Positions 27,257 through 35,568 of a stretch of DNA of 64,000 nt are shown here, one piece after another (positions within the stretch are counted from its first letter, which is position 1; each line of letters starts with the position of its first letter). Both the position numbers and the translations under genes were made by a program. Under the pieces are notes generated by a model, which did no database searches, had not been told where the DNA came from, and saw only the letters and a program-made list of their open reading frames with translations. This DNA is from a virus (lineage: Duplodnaviria > Caudoviricetes): IMG/VR virus record IMGVR_UViG_3300002220_000029, positions 1-64,000 of that record. The stretch is one strand, 5' to 3'.

Positions 27257-27784
27257 ATGGCTAATATATTCAATGATTTTGAATTATTAGATTTCATCAA
27301 TCTTGATGAAATGATGTGGGAAGGAGAGGCAGGAGAGTCCTTAACTGTAGCTTCTTCCGTTCATGCATTAAGTTCTGATAATTTGGATTTGTTACTTGGA
27401 TCCATCAGCACCCACAATTCTGTTCATGCATTAAGCTCAACCATCCCTAATCTGGTACAAGATTATTCGCTTGGAGTGAATAATACTGCCCATTCATTGA
27501 CTGATTTTGGAGCAATTGTATCATGGCTTCAAACATTAGTGATTGATGATGCGGACCATCCGCTAAATTCAGACAGCATTGCTGTTGTCCAAGCTTATAT
27601 TCTTGTCATTGATAATGCGATCGATGCCTTGACAAGTGATGATATAGCATTAAGGACAGTAGCATTTCAATTATTGGTATCAGGAAGTTGGAAGTTGGTA
27701 AGCTCAGCACAAATATTGAAAAGTGGTGTGTGGAAAGATGTTCAAACCATCAATGTTTTGGTTGGTGGTTCGTGGAAAGAATAA
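27257..27784 (+). CDS. Putative tail protein with His-Ser-Asp repeats
   Basis: Recurrent H[AS]LxSDN-like units and three C-terminal GxWK motifs. Confidence 0.5.
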   Translation: MANIFNDFELLDFINLDEMMWEGEAGESLTVASSVHALSSDNLDLLLGSISTHNSVHALSSTIPNLVQDYSLGVNNTAHSLTDFGAIVSWLQTLVIDDADHPLNSDSIAVVQAYILVIDNAIDALTSDDIALRTVAFQLLVSGSWKLVSSAQILKSGVWKDVQTINVLVGGSWKE

Positions 27785-27796
27785 AAGGAGGTTAAA

Positions 27797-28162
27797 ATGG
27801 CAAGCTCATCAGCAGTTAAAAGAAAACTATCAGGTAGCACAGACGGTAAAGCAATTAAGATCACACAGACCGCCACGGCAGGAGATACGATTCACACAGC
27901 AGTGGCAGGAACGACGGATGGCACATACGACGAGATATGGCTGTGGGCCTACAACGGACATACTTCTGATGTTGCCCTAACCATTGAGTTTGGTGGGGCA
28001 TCCGTTCCTGACCAAAATATCGTTGTGACTATTCCGTTTAAGTCTGGTCTTGTGCCTGTGGTGCCAGGGCTTTTATTGCAGAATGGCATGGTGGTGAAGG
28101 CGTTTGCTGGAAGCGCAAATGTAGTGACTTTGATAGGATTTGTTAATGCTATTACAGATTAA
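27797..28162 (+). CDS. Putative virion structural protein
   Basis: 121-aa jelly-roll-like sequence (DEIWLWAYN) with a strong RBS. Confidence 0.55.
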   Translation: MASSSAVKRKLSGSTDGKAIKITQTATAGDTIHTAVAGTTDGTYDEIWLWAYNGHTSDVALTIEFGGASVPDQNIVVTIPFKSGLVPVVPGLLLQNGMVVKAFAGSANVVTLIGFVNAITD

Positions 28163-28180
28163 AGAAGATGAGAGGTATTT

Positions 28181-28648
28181 ATGTTTTTTAAGATTGAAAA
28201 GACAGGGTGTGGTGAGTTTAAAGGAACAGTAGAAGTCAGATATGATTTATATCTTGATCCAAGTGATGCACGACACCATGAGCATTACATAGATGTTCCT
28301 ATTTTTCCTGAAGAAGATTACACAGGAGACCCAGGCAATTTTGCATCTTGGGTAGAAAGTCTACCTCACAAAAAACAGCACAACCCATTTTGTTGTCATT
28401 TTGTTCAGTTCGATTATAACCAATGTAGTGATGAGGAAATTCTGGTAATGGGTGAGTATGTTTTGCAGGAGAAATATAAGCATTGGATTGATGAGGATCT
28501 TAGTAAACCTTTGAATAAACACAGAATGTTCCATCCGCATGATGAGGATAGAAGGAATCTGAGTCAAAAGAGGATTAATGAAATCCTTACCATAGATTTT
28601 GTTAAGGTAAATACAATGAAAAAGCTAAAATGTAACATAAAGGATTAG
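28181..28648 (+). CDS. Hypothetical protein
   Basis: 155-aa ORF in the operon. Confidence 0.6.
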   Translation: MFFKIEKTGCGEFKGTVEVRYDLYLDPSDARHHEHYIDVPIFPEEDYTGDPGNFASWVESLPHKKQHNPFCCHFVQFDYNQCSDEEILVMGEYVLQEKYKHWIDEDLSKPLNKHRMFHPHDEDRRNLSQKRINEILTIDFVKVNTMKKLKCNIKD

Positions 28649-28651
28649 GCT

Positions 28652-29164
28652 ATGACCATTACAATAGGGTATCCCGCAGCAGTATATGGATATATTCCCG
28701 CAATAACAAGCACAAGAATAAATTATGTTGGTCCTGCAAATTTAGCAGGTAATGTGGATACATTTGAGATTTATATGTACTCCACAGGGTCAAATGTCAA
28801 GGTTGGAGTGTTCTATCAGAATGATACCGATGTTTTTACAAGAAGGGAGCAGACGACATTAGGAACTGTTAATACAGGCAGTAAACAGACTTTTTCGGGA
28901 AAGGTTGTCGGCTGCGATATAAATGATTATGTAGGAATTTACGGCTCTGCAGGAAATATTTACGCAAACAATGTAAATAATAATTATTACAAATCTGGCG
29001 ACCAATTTGATGCAGGAGAACAAACATATTCAGTAAATGCCGGATACTGCATGGCTTTATATGCGACTGGCGTGGAATTGCCTGTTCATGCGTGTTATCT
29101 TAGGAAGGGACGCAGTAGACTATTTATTGCACAACCCCTCTCCTATAGAAATCAGGGAGAGTAA
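28652..29164 (+). CDS. Beta-sandwich protein, tandem paralog A
   Basis: Aligns by eye along its full length with 29166..29696. Confidence 0.65.
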   Translation: MTITIGYPAAVYGYIPAITSTRINYVGPANLAGNVDTFEIYMYSTGSNVKVGVFYQNDTDVFTRREQTTLGTVNTGSKQTFSGKVVGCDINDYVGIYGSAGNIYANNVNNNYYKSGDQFDAGEQTYSVNAGYCMALYATGVELPVHACYLRKGRSRLFIAQPLSYRNQGE

Positions 29165-29165
29165 T

Positions 29166-29696
29166 ATGTCAGATAATATAGATATTGGTTCACCAGCAAG
29201 TGCATATGGATATTCTTGGTCTTATGGAACCACCCTTTTGGATAGAACTAACCCAGCAAATCTCAGCGGTTTTGTTCATACCATAGAGATGTATTTTTAC
29301 CGCACAGCAACTGTGGTTAAAGTGGGGACTTTTTATGGCAGCGCAGCATCATGGACATCACGAAACTATGTCTCTCTTGGTACAGTGGTGCAAGGTAGTA
29401 AGCAAACATTTACAGGAAAGTATCTGCTTGTTGAAGCGTCAGATATAGCCGGAACGTACTACAATAACTCCGGCGCTGCTGGAAACTTGCATGTCAACAC
29501 ATCAGGAGGGAGCGGTTTTGTTACTAAAGGAGGAGATCAATTTGGAGCAGGCACTCAGACATATACGGTAAACGAGGCGTCTGGGATTGTGGCGATGTAT
29601 CTTACTGGAAGGGACACCGATTATGCCGCTTGTTATTTGAAAGGACGACACAGGTTAGATATGGAGGGAGTGTCGACACAAAATCAAATAACCTAA
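29166..29696 (+). CDS. Beta-sandwich protein, tandem paralog B
   Basis: Shares PANL.G, VKVG.FY, LGTV..GSKQTF.GK, KxGDQF.AG.QTY.VN and ACYL with paralog A. Start is ATG 29166. Confidence 0.65.
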   Translation: MSDNIDIGSPASAYGYSWSYGTTLLDRTNPANLSGFVHTIEMYFYRTATVVKVGTFYGSAASWTSRNYVSLGTVVQGSKQTFTGKYLLVEASDIAGTYYNNSGAAGNLHVNTSGGSGFVTKGGDQFGAGTQTYTVNEASGIVAMYLTGRDTDYAACYLKGRHRLDMEGVSTQNQIT

Positions 29697-29724
29697 AGGT
29701 GACGCCTATGATTAAGGAGACAAA

Positions 29725-30171
29725 ATGATTATTTACATACTCATTCCGTTCATACTCTTGCTCGCTTTTGCTGTGTTTGCCGGTGTTAATCCAAGTGCTC
29801 CCGTAGGAACATCCGAGAATCCTGCATTCACATGGAATTTGATTGTTGCTCCTTTAATCACAGCCCTTACGTCTGCGTTGGTTGTCTTTTTTATAGGTCG
29901 TCAGTTTAAGACAAGAGACGAGAAAGATATCCAGATTGCTAATTTACTTGCTGAAAATATGAAGGAGAAAGAAAGATCATTAGATGAATGGAGAAGGCGA
30001 TACACCGACACCCAGTGCGCTATCAAAAATAAACTTGATGAAATTGGTGAGGACATGCACAAGAAAGTCACATGGGATCATTGTGATAAAAGAGAAAATG
30101 AAGTGAAAAAAGATATTCAGAACCTTGAAGAGCGGTTAAAACGAGATTGGCAAGGCAGAGTGGGTGCTTGA
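29725..30171 (+). CDS. Membrane protein (holin/antiholin candidate)
   Basis: Two hydrophobic segments then a charged coiled coil, directly upstream of the endolysin. Confidence 0.5.
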   Translation: MIIYILIPFILLLAFAVFAGVNPSAPVGTSENPAFTWNLIVAPLITALTSALVVFFIGRQFKTRDEKDIQIANLLAENMKEKERSLDEWRRRYTDTQCAIKNKLDEIGEDMHKKVTWDHCDKRENEVKKDIQNLEERLKRDWQGRVGA

Positions 30172-30303
30172 TCATGATAAGAATATTCTACGATACAGAC
30201 CATTATTGCTCCTTGACACAGGATAGGTGCATACTCGACAAGTGTCCTGAAAAGCGAGAAACCAATGAGCACTGCCTTTACTACAAGAAATTGGAGACAA
30301 GCG

Positions 30304-30753
30304 ATGCCAAGTAGAAAAATTGAAGATTTGGAACCAGATTTTCAGCAGGAGATTATTGACTTTGAACAAAAGCTGGAAGACGAAGGACTGACTTGGTTCA
30401 AACGGTGTTGCACTTATCGGTCTCAGGCCGAACAGGATGCTCTTCATAAAAGAGGCAGGTATCCGCTCCATATTGTGAATGAAGCCTATAAAGCTGTGGG
30501 TCTTGCTCCAATAACAGCAAAGGAAAATGAACGACCTGTAACATGGAGAAAAGTGTCGGACCATACAGCAAGAAGAGCGGTTGACTATTATATAGAATGG
30601 GATGGCAGGTATGTCAGTGATATAAAGGCCGATATTGATGACAATGACATTCCAGATTGGGAAGAGTTTGGGGAAATTGCAATGGAATGTGGTCTTGAGT
30701 GGGGAGGTTCTTGGGTTAAGAAGGATATGCCCCATGTCCAGAAAATAGGTTAG
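30304..30753 (+). CDS. Endolysin, M15 (L-Ala-D-Glu) peptidase family
   Basis: Contains TYRSQAEQ, SDHTARRAVD (SxHxxxxAxD), WGGSW and DMPH. Confidence 0.9.
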   Translation: MPSRKIEDLEPDFQQEIIDFEQKLEDEGLTWFKRCCTYRSQAEQDALHKRGRYPLHIVNEAYKAVGLAPITAKENERPVTWRKVSDHTARRAVDYYIEWDGRYVSDIKADIDDNDIPDWEEFGEIAMECGLEWGGSWVKKDMPHVQKIG

Positions 30754-30763
30754 GAGGTTTGTG

Positions 30764-30889
30764 ATGAGTTCAGTTATTGGTTTTATTGTGGGGTTTGCTG
30801 CCGGATTGGTGGTTGCATTCTTTATTTGGAAGAACAATCAATTAAAGATCACGGAATTAACTGCCAAGTTGAAGGAGTTGTCCAAGTGA
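30764..30889 (+). CDS. 41-aa single-pass membrane protein
   Basis: Sequence MSSVIGFIVGFAAGLVVAFFIWKNNQ... with a GGAGG RBS. Its TGA overlaps the next GTG start. Confidence 0.65.
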   Translation: MSSVIGFIVGFAAGLVVAFFIWKNNQLKITELTAKLKELSK

Positions 30890-31206
30890 AGCTGGTCATT
30901 GTAGTATTGGCATTGCTGATAACTGTCCCTGCTTTTGGTTTGGAGAAGGTTGTCCTTACAGCAACGCAAACACGATGTCCATCAGGCTATAACAAGACTA
31001 ATGTGGCAAAGATATGCTGCCCTGCTGGATCAAACATCATATTCAAAGATGATGCTTGCTGTCCCACAGGTTATCAATATCTGTCAGACGGTAAATGCCA
31101 CAAATGCCCTACTGGTCATTATATCGCTTGGTACAATATCTGTTGCCCAAACAAGATGATGCTGGGCTGGGACGAATTATTGCAAAAAGATGTTTGCGGG
31201 AATTGA
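30886..31206 (+). CDS. Secreted cysteine-rich repeat protein (106 aa)
   Basis: GTG start, signal peptide MKLVIVVLALLITVPAFG, then 10 Cys in CP.G[YH]/CCP repeats. Confidence 0.7.
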   Translation: MKLVIVVLALLITVPAFGLEKVVLTATQTRCPSGYNKTNVAKICCPAGSNIIFKDDACCPTGYQYLSDGKCHKCPTGHYIAWYNICCPNKMMLGWDELLQKDVCGN

Positions 31207-31214
31207 GGTGAAAT

Positions 31215-31649
31215 ATGTGGACATGGCTGCTTCAACCAAAAAATATGATCCTTGTGGCGCTTGCCGCTTGCCTCATCACCCTGAGTGGTTTTTATTTATG
31301 GCAAAGAACTACAGTGGCAGAGCTTACAGGAGAGAATGACAGGCTGAATACTGCGGTCAATGAGCAACGAGCTATCATCAAGGCATTAGAGGCCAATTTG
31401 GAAGCAGCGAGACAAGCACAGGCTCGGATGCAGAAGATAGAGAAAATGACGGCAACTATCCAGGAATCAATCAATAAGCTGAAACCAAAGGACTTGACAG
31501 ATGAGGAAAGAACTGTTGCTCGGGATATTACTGGTTATTTTAACACAAGGTTGTTGCCAGTATCTTTGCAAGACAGAAATGGTTCAGCCGGTGCAAAGGT
31601 ATTGCCCACCACCGATAAGACCAACCCTGTCGGCACCTACAACCGTTAA
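31215..31649 (+). CDS. i-spanin (Rz-like)
   Basis: N-terminal TM segment plus coiled coil, with an overlapping lipoprotein ORF. Confidence 0.8.
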   Translation: MWTWLLQPKNMILVALAACLITLSGFYLWQRTTVAELTGENDRLNTAVNEQRAIIKALEANLEAARQAQARMQKIEKMTATIQESINKLKPKDLTDEERTVARDITGYFNTRLLPVSLQDRNGSAGAKVLPTTDKTNPVGTYNR

Positions 31650-31746
31650 AGATTTGGAACGGAATTATCTTAATGTGGTTGATTATTGCCTAAAATTGGA
31701 GGAAACGGTGACTTGCTATGAGCCTATTAAAAAAATTGTGGAATAA
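31501..31746 (+). CDS. o-spanin (Rz1-like lipoprotein)
   Basis: Signal peptide MRKELLLGILLVILTQG-C with lipobox and a Pro-rich segment, overlapping the i-spanin 3' end. Confidence 0.8.
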   Translation: MRKELLLGILLVILTQGCCQYLCKTEMVQPVQRYCPPPIRPTLSAPTTVKDLERNYLNVVDYCLKLEETVTCYEPIKKIVE

Positions 31747-32080
31747 GAGGAAGCAACAACGCTATCATACCCACGGACATGCTTACTTGGTCTTGAATGT
31801 TGGTACAGATAGTGAAAGAAAATTGCAAATCATCGATGTTAGTCAAGGAGGCTGCGCATTTATTTACTATGGAGACAAGGCAGACATCGAATCGGGTGTA
31901 GCCAAACTAATGACTGGCCATTGTGTTCATATTGAAGATATAAAGTATGAAGTGCGATCAGACAAGCAACTAACTGTGAATGATCGTCGGTGTGGCATTG
32001 AATTTAGGTGGATGGGTGGCGTGGACAAGAAGGGATTGGCAGAGTTTGTCAATTCGGCTGCCTTATTCCCTTGCCCATAG
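31718..32080 (+). CDS. Stand-alone PilZ-domain protein
   Basis: Both c-di-GMP-binding motifs are present: RxxxR (RKQQR) and DxSxxG (DVSQGG). It ends with a GxxF strand (CGIEF). Confidence 0.82.
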   Translation: MSLLKKLWNKRKQQRYHTHGHAYLVLNVGTDSERKLQIIDVSQGGCAFIYYGDKADIESGVAKLMTGHCVHIEDIKYEVRSDKQLTVNDRRCGIEFRWMGGVDKKGLAEFVNSAALFPCP

Positions 32081-32091
32081 GAGGTGTTGAT

Positions 32092-32388
32092 ATGGCATTT
32101 GTCGAGAAACGAAAACGTGGTACATGGGTCGGTTTCATTATTGATATGCATGCACAGGAATCAACTACATCATGGATGCGGTGGATGGGAACATTGATCC
32201 TGACCAACATAATGCTGATGTGGACGCTGACATGCTTATTTGATGCTGATTGGAAGTTTAATTTGTCCCTTGAGGAAATGCCTCTGGGACTTCTTGGGAT
32301 CGTAACCACAGTTATTGGTGGCAAGGTTTTGCAATCTATGACTGAAAAAAATAAAAATACGACAGGAAATCAGGAGGGACAGGCATGA
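32092..32388 (+). CDS. Holin candidate
   Basis: 98 aa, two TM segments, charged C-terminus, GGAGG RBS. Confidence 0.55.
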   Translation: MAFVEKRKRGTWVGFIIDMHAQESTTSWMRWMGTLILTNIMLMWTLTCLFDADWKFNLSLEEMPLGLLGIVTTVIGGKVLQSMTEKNKNTTGNQEGQA

Positions 32389-33056
32389 AGACATTACTTG
32401 ATTCAGTAAAAGCAACAGGAGCAGGGATCCACATTAAGACTACCAGCCCACAGTCAAAACATGGAGTTGAAATCCTGACAGCCGGAACAGGAACAGTTAC
32501 CACATTGGTGGTGGAATTAGAAGGAAGCATATCAGGCAGCACATTTGCTTCAATCGGTTCCGCAACTGTTACCAATGATGGTCTTTTCTTTGTTACTGAT
32601 AAGATGGTCGAGATGGTAAGGGCAAATATCACCTCCCTTACATCAGGAACACAGGCAACCGGGACATTGATTGCTATTGGCGTTACACCAGCTTCTGGTG
32701 AAACGGTTAGCATTGACGGCACCACATACAAATTCCAGACCGCAAGTCTGGCCACAGAGGGGTTTGTTATTATTGGAGCTGATTATGCTGAAGCAATGGA
32801 TCATCTTAACGATGCCATCAATTACACCGGGAATCCTATGACTGATTATAATGGAACGGTGGCACATTCTTCTGTTACCTCAACCAATGCCACAGCTGCC
32901 GACATTATTGTGACAGCGATTGAATTTGGAACGATTGGGAATGCCATCATTGTGACAGGTAGTGGAGCAACTTTAACTTGGTCGGCTGGCACATTATTGC
33001 TTGGAACCGAGAGGCAGGATATAACAGTCAACTATACTCCGTATCCTTCCGAATAA
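32385..33056 (+). CDS. Thr/Gly-rich putative structural protein
   Basis: Contains an ATGTL...P..GETVSIDG.TY.F module of the kind seen in virion proteins. Last gene of the late operon. Confidence 0.45.
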   Translation: MKTLLDSVKATGAGIHIKTTSPQSKHGVEILTAGTGTVTTLVVELEGSISGSTFASIGSATVTNDGLFFVTDKMVEMVRANITSLTSGTQATGTLIAIGVTPASGETVSIDGTTYKFQTASLATEGFVIIGADYAEAMDHLNDAINYTGNPMTDYNGTVAHSSVTSTNATAADIIVTAIEFGTIGNAIIVTGSGATLTWSAGTLLLGTERQDITVNYTPYPSE

Positions 33057-33087
33057 ATCCCCAGGCCTCTTCCTCGGCCTGTCGCTG

Positions 33088-33132
33088 AAGGCGCTGTGGT
33101 TTTTCTCCTTTTCCCGCAGCGCCTTTTTATTT
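33088..33132 (+). terminator. Rho-independent terminator ending the late operon
   Basis: AAGGCGCTGTGG pairs with CCGCAGCGCCTT (12 bp, one G-U), followed by TTTATTT. Confidence 0.85.
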
Positions 33133-33429
33133 GTTGATTTCACAGCAGAAAGGGAGAATGTATATACTTTGTCATTTTTAATTTAAGTTATTGATGTCAT
33201 CCATTTCTGAGCGGAGAAATGGCTTGTTTTTATTAATGGATATCCTCTGTTTTAATCTTGATTTGTAATGTCATTGTATCTCTGTTTTTGTCATTTCAAA
33301 ATATTTCAAAAATCTTCTTGAATATCAAAAGGTTCTTCATAGGAGCACGGTTTTGGCAAAAAATGCCAGATTCATTTAAAAAATGTTTAAAAAATCTTGG
33401 TTTTTAACTATTTGATTGTATTAGACTAC

Positions 33430-33489
33430 TAAGATTTTTAAAAAAACTTTAAAAAAAAAGCTTGTGTTGTCGAAAGAATCCTTTATACT
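33430..33489 (+). promoter_or_regulatory. Sigma70-like early promoter with upstream A-tracts
   Basis: TTGTGT (33462-33467), 16 nt spacer, TATACT (33484-33489). Long A/T tracts upstream resemble an UP element. Confidence 0.55.
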
Positions 33490-33499
33490 TCAGTTAAAG

Positions 33500-33795
33500 A
33501 GTTCATTGACAAACCAGGAAGGGGCCAAGTGAAGGCAGAGATTTTCTGGAACGAAAGACGGGCAGAGGCAAAAAAGTTCGAGGGTGAACTGAAGTAGCCG
33601 AAGCATCCGGGACGGATTAGGGGCACGGGACAAAGCCTTAAAAGATGGGAGGCACGGATGACCAGTTTCACCGGAGAGCCCAATTTCGCATCAAGATGGC
33701 AGGCCACGATGCGAATTATCAGGATGAAGCTCCTGAATAAGATAACAGATACGTCCTTCCACCCAATTCGTTGAGTGGAAGCATCATATAAGTTA
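33500..33795 (+). ncRNA. Putative structured leader or small RNA of the early transcript
   Basis: GC-richer than its flanks, no substantial ORF. Stems include ATCCG/CGGAT, TTCGCATC/GATGCGAA, TCAGGA/TCCTGA and CTTCCAC/GTGGAAG with an inner TTCG loop. Confidence 0.45.
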
Positions 33796-33821
33796 TCAAT
33801 TTTAAAAAAGGAGGAATGACA

Positions 33822-34025
33822 ATGTATTTGATTCATAAATCCACAAAAAAAGAAAGCGACGGGATGATTGAGATTGAACTTTATATTGTCAATCAAAAGA
33901 AGGCAAAACATTATACTTACAATCTGGCATCTCAATATGCCGCAGAGAAATTTCACACCTTATATAATAAGGGAAGAAAATGTCACGGAAGAGCATTAAC
34001 TATTTTGAAAAAATTCCAAGTTTGA
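33822..34025 (+). CDS. Early hypothetical protein
   Basis: GGAGG RBS. Confidence 0.6.
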   Translation: MYLIHKSTKKESDGMIEIELYIVNQKKAKHYTYNLASQYAAEKFHTLYNKGRKCHGRALTILKKFQV

Positions 34026-34049
34026 TCTTCTCAAGAAAGGAGACATACA

Positions 34050-34220
34050 ATGAAAACAGCAAAAGAGACAATGACCAAAGAGGAAATCATTGACCGGATT
34101 GTTCAATTCACTGAAATTGACAAAGCAGATGCTGAGAGAGTTTATTTCACAGGCATTTTCAAAGAGGGAATGAGACGGAATAGGGTTGAGAAATTAATCA
34201 GAAAAACTTGCTGGAGCTAA
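34050..34220 (+). CDS. Early hypothetical protein (56 aa)
   Basis: AAGGAG RBS, sequence MKTAKETMTKEEII..., below the track cut-off. Confidence 0.55.
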   Translation: MKTAKETMTKEEIIDRIVQFTEIDKADAERVYFTGIFKEGMRRNRVEKLIRKTCWS

Positions 34221-34222
34221 TA

Positions 34223-34260
34223 CTCTGATGGTTGCCCTTTACGAAGGGCTTCCATGAGAG
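34223..34260 (+). promoter_or_regulatory. Intergenic stem-loop with a TACG tetraloop
   Basis: Sequence CTCTGATGG-TT-GCCCTT-TACG-AAGGGC-TT-CCATGAGAG. Confidence 0.6.
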
Positions 34261-34290
34261 GATTAGATTAGAAGAAAGGAGCATAAAAAT

Positions 34291-34830
34291 ATGTGGGTAT
34301 TTACCAAAGATGGATTTTTTAGTGCGGTTGAGAAACCTGTTGATAAAGGACAGGATATGATAACCATTAGGGCACGAGCCAAAATTGATTTAGAAAACCT
34401 GCTCAAAGAGATTGTGAAAGAAATGCCAATCATAGTAGATGCAGGAACAGATTATGAATATCGCATCAGACTATTGAAGAGCGAGTGGGCAGATTATCTT
34501 GCACAAACAGCCAAAAATATTGATTATGAGAATTTCAAGCATGAGGTAGGATTGATTGATAAGAAACGAGCAAATACCTATTTGTCCATTTGGAGCAATT
34601 TGCTCAGGGTGGCAGACAGAGCGGTCAAACGGAGTATCTTTTTAGAAGATGATTATGCTTATAATCGATCTACCGAATCTATCAACTGGAGAGAGTTATG
34701 GCGTGATGAAGAGCCCATTAAATTACCTCTTACTAAAGATGAGAAGAGAATAATCAAAAATCAACGGAGAAGAGAACAAAGGCGTAAGCGTAAACAAGAA
34801 CTCAAGAATCTTATTCACCCTATGACATAA
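34291..34830 (+). CDS. Conserved phage hypothetical protein
   Basis: Pattern MWVFTKDGFFSAV...RAR...DYEYR...IDYENFK is recognisable from other phage early proteins. Function unknown. Confidence 0.6.
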   Translation: MWVFTKDGFFSAVEKPVDKGQDMITIRARAKIDLENLLKEIVKEMPIIVDAGTDYEYRIRLLKSEWADYLAQTAKNIDYENFKHEVGLIDKKRANTYLSIWSNLLRVADRAVKRSIFLEDDYAYNRSTESINWRELWRDEEPIKLPLTKDEKRIIKNQRRREQRRKRKQELKNLIHPMT

Positions 34831-34850
34831 CATAAAGGGAGGAACTGGAA

Positions 34851-35171
34851 ATGAAAATAAAATGGAAAGTTTCAGAAGAAGAAACGGGTCGTTATGCTTC
34901 TTTTCACAAAAGAAGCTGGCCAACAGCAGAATACGAAGATGGCTCTATGGCGGCAATGATTCAATGTGAAGATAATTACCACTATCAAAAAGCAAAGACA
35001 GGAAACCATGCTGCTCTGACCGTATATGTTGCCGATCATTCCCTTGATCCTGTCTGGAAATGGAGGAAACTTATATTGACTTTTGAAACATTAAAAGAGG
35101 CTAAAGAGGCTGTTTTAGAAATTTTGAAAAAATATCCTAATTTTCAAAAAGTAAGGAAGGAGGACAAATAA
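34851..35171 (+). CDS. Hypothetical protein
   Basis: GGAGG RBS, 106 aa. Confidence 0.6.
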   Translation: MKIKWKVSEEETGRYASFHKRSWPTAEYEDGSMAAMIQCEDNYHYQKAKTGNHAALTVYVADHSLDPVWKWRKLILTFETLKEAKEAVLEILKKYPNFQKVRKEDK

Positions 35172-35281
35172 TGGAACTGTACTTTCTAACATTCTCAACA
35201 TTTTTTGTTGGTGTTATTACAGGGTGGACATTGAAAGTAATGTGGGACGAATTGAAGCGAGAGAGGAGGAGGATAAAATGA
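35171..35281 (+). CDS. 36-aa membrane peptide
   Basis: Sequence MELYFLTFSTFFVGVITGWTLKVMW..., translationally coupled at both ends. Confidence 0.5.
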   Translation: MELYFLTFSTFFVGVITGWTLKVMWDELKRERRRIK

Positions 35282-35553
35282 AGATTAAAACAGGATTAAG
35301 GTTTTGTGATATTTGTTTGGTGTCAGGCGAAATGAATTTGGCCATTTACAAAACATGGAACGCGAATGGAGCACAAGAATTAATGATAGATGTTTGTGAC
35401 CAGCACAAAGATTTTATTCGTGATTTGTCTCCAGCAGAGCTGAATGCCAAGATTGATCGTTTGGTGCAAGAAAAGTTTAAACCTCTTGATGAAGAAGTAT
35501 TTCGATCAGTTATAAGTAAAAATATCAAACCTCCAGGAGTTTGGGAGAATTAA
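35278..35553 (+). CDS. Zn-finger hypothetical protein
   Basis: CDIC...CDQH motif, ATG after GGAGGAGG. Confidence 0.55.
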   Translation: MKIKTGLRFCDICLVSGEMNLAIYKTWNANGAQELMIDVCDQHKDFIRDLSPAELNAKIDRLVQEKFKPLDEEVFRSVISKNIKPPGVWEN

Positions 35554-35568
35554 TCAAGGGAGGAGCCC

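Noticed and set aside
28652-29696. Paralog pair as a DGR template/variable repeat
   Set aside because: Differences occur at all four bases, both copies are intact ORFs, and no reverse transcriptase is present.
33130-33430. AT-rich gap as a physical genome end or a divergent gene
   Set aside because: No terminal repeat is visible within the window and the minus-strand ORFs are only a few codons long. It is best explained as terminator-to-promoter spacer, although a packaging site cannot be excluded.
33540-33680. c-di-GMP-I riboswitch in the early leader (suggested by GAAA, GGCAAA and GGGACAAAGCC fragments and the PilZ gene)
   Set aside because: The fragments are not in the consensus order and I could not build the P1/P2 architecture. 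An Infernal search would settle it.
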